Below, in pieces: positions 62,501 through 64,000 of a stretch of DNA of 64,000 nt; position 1 is the first letter of the stretch; every line of letters begins with the position of its first letter. The DNA comes from the human T2T-CHM13v2.0 reference genome, Homo sapiens. Under the pieces are notes generated by a model. The model ran no database searches. It saw only the letters and a program-made list of their open reading frames with translations, and was not told where the DNA came from. The stretch lies in assembly GCF_009914755.1 (NCBI RefSeq), contig NC_060925.1; one strand, 5' to 3'. The translations under genes were made by a program, and so were the position numbers.

Positions 62501-64000
62501 TTAAATATATTCTGAAGCTGTACTTAGTTTTACTTTAATGTTCACTAGACTTCAGTACCAACACAATTGGCATATTGATATATATATAATTGTTCTGAGG
62601 AAAGCTTGTTTGATTTGGTGATTTTCTGTATTTTTACTAAGAAATGGAAGTATTTCCATTTCAAGTAAATTGGTACAAGAGCCAAATTCAGTGAGAATGA
62701 TATTAATTTTCCCCCAGAAACCAACAGAGCCTCAGAAGAGTAGACAAAAGTTTGGGAAGTCTTTTGAGAGTTTCCTAAAATCAGACTTTTATAATGGCAC
62801 AAATGCTTTCGATAAGGATTCTTTGTATCCTTTCTCAAAGGACTTTTTGCTTATTAACTTAGGGAAGTGAGGGCAAGCATTTTTTTTGGAGAAGTCACAG
62901 TACATTTACAACACAGCTTTCAACATCATTGGTAGGAATTTGTAATCTTGAAAAATGCATGGAAGTCTCAATGCACTTTATAAAGGTCTTTGGGAGACAA
63001 TATAATGGAATTCTTAACACAGTCCAATCAGAGTCTATCTCTTACTTATGGGCATGTACGTGTACTGTGGCAAATATTTTGGTATCCTGGGTATCTTTAG
63101 TTCAATCCCCAGAATATTAAACAATTCCCAGGCTTCGATTTTCTGTAAATGTTCAAGATCATCTAATAGCAATGATGTGAACTGCTCTGACAGACAGGTA
63201 ATAAAAATTATGCTAATGAATTTGTAGTATAAAATCTCTCTAGGTGGTCTTTATTCTTGTTGAATCTTTAATTCATTTTCCTAAATATTTAAACAAGTCA
63301 CTTTTATAACTCTACAGACCCTACTAAGAAATTGGCATCTCTGACCTGATCTGCAGATATTCTTGAGCTTCTTTCTCTTTATTGGGTTGGCCTGTTATAT
63401 TGTGTTATGCAGAAATGACCAGTATTTCTATTAACAGCTACTCCTTTAATTATTCTCCCAAGTATTGATGAAGGTCACTAGTGAAATCTTTCTCTGGCCT
63501 TCAAAGTGTTATATTTGGTTCTGTGTAGAAAGATTGTTGAAGAGTATCAATTTCAAGTTCACATTATAATGATCTGGCCAAGTAGTATTTTTTTAAATCT
63601 CCAAAATTAGAAATGCCTATCTCTTACATTACAAGCAGCCACATTCTCAAAAGGCTCTTAAGATCAACAATGAGACATGAGCAAGGAGAGGTAAGGCTGG
63701 TGATACATATCATTTCAATTATATCAGAACTGTTTTAATGCCTTAGCTTTAAGGACCCCCCAATCAGCAAGCACCACAACGTGAGTCTTTTTGGTGACTC
63801 CTATTTTATCTCCTTTGCCTAGAAAGGATATCTACACATGAATTTAGAAAACAGGATAGGCCTCAATCACTTCAGCTACACGCAAACCAAATTCTTTTAC
63901 TCACAGAGTCTCAAAAGTTTCTGAGTGGAGATTTTATGCAACTGTTGATTTAAAATGCACTAAAGAATTTATACTTTCATTTTCTGGAGCGTTCTTTTTA
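62500..64000 (-). pseudogene. Highly decayed sacsin (SACS)-like coding remnant, running off the right edge of the window
   Basis: Hand translation gives a co-linear series of matches to recalled human sacsin: MYHQPYLSLLMSH..LKSL ~ MYFNCNLNHLMSQ..LKSL; YKSDLFKYL ~ IKEQLFEKL; HNFYYLSVRAV ~ KHFYDRTVRVF; KESLSKAFV ~ KELSLIPFL; SCTNLLEMEILPFLSKNTE ~ SCPILPEKATPLSIKEQE; LQNIFKFF ~ LRSIYEFL; many stops and frameshifts. Confidence 0.62.

Noticed and set aside
63040-63186. Apparent coding exon (cag|AGCAGTTC...CCCATAA|gtaag; QFTSLLLDDLEHLQKIEAWELFNILGIELKIPRIPKY)
   Set aside because: Protein-like sequence continues on both sides with stops; better explained as part of the larger decayed intronless remnant than as a live exon. 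A hAT-transposase reading (LGIELKIPR) was considered but I saw no supporting motifs

Overview
Primate (most likely human) AT-rich, repeat-dense genomic DNA with no intact protein-coding gene recognisable in the window. Much of it is interspersed repeats: one full-length ~6.1 kb L1PA (PA4-PA6 type, ORFs disrupted), several old L1M copies, 10 Alus, MIR/L2 fragments, solo LTRs (LTR18, LTR47, MLT1, MST, MER74), DNA-transposon MITEs (MADE1 x2, MER5A, MER53, MER58) and microsatellites. Nearly all ORFs in the supplied track come from repeats or are spurious. Notable non-routine observations: (1) a heavily decayed, intronless minus-strand coding fossil at ~62.5-64 kb that aligns co-linearly by eye with the C-terminal third of sacsin (SACS); (2) the full-length L1PA carries a ~240 bp 3' transduction, shown by a displaced 14 bp target-site duplication; (3) a ~1.3 kb polyadenylated, apparently intron-retaining gene 3' end inserted inside an old L1; (4) three short non-tandem local duplications spaced ~1.1-1.3 kb apart; (5) a near-perfect ~105 bp hairpin and a (GGAA)14 array. 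Repeat subfamily names and protein similarities are from recalled consensus sequences, not database searches; boundaries of old repeats are approximate.
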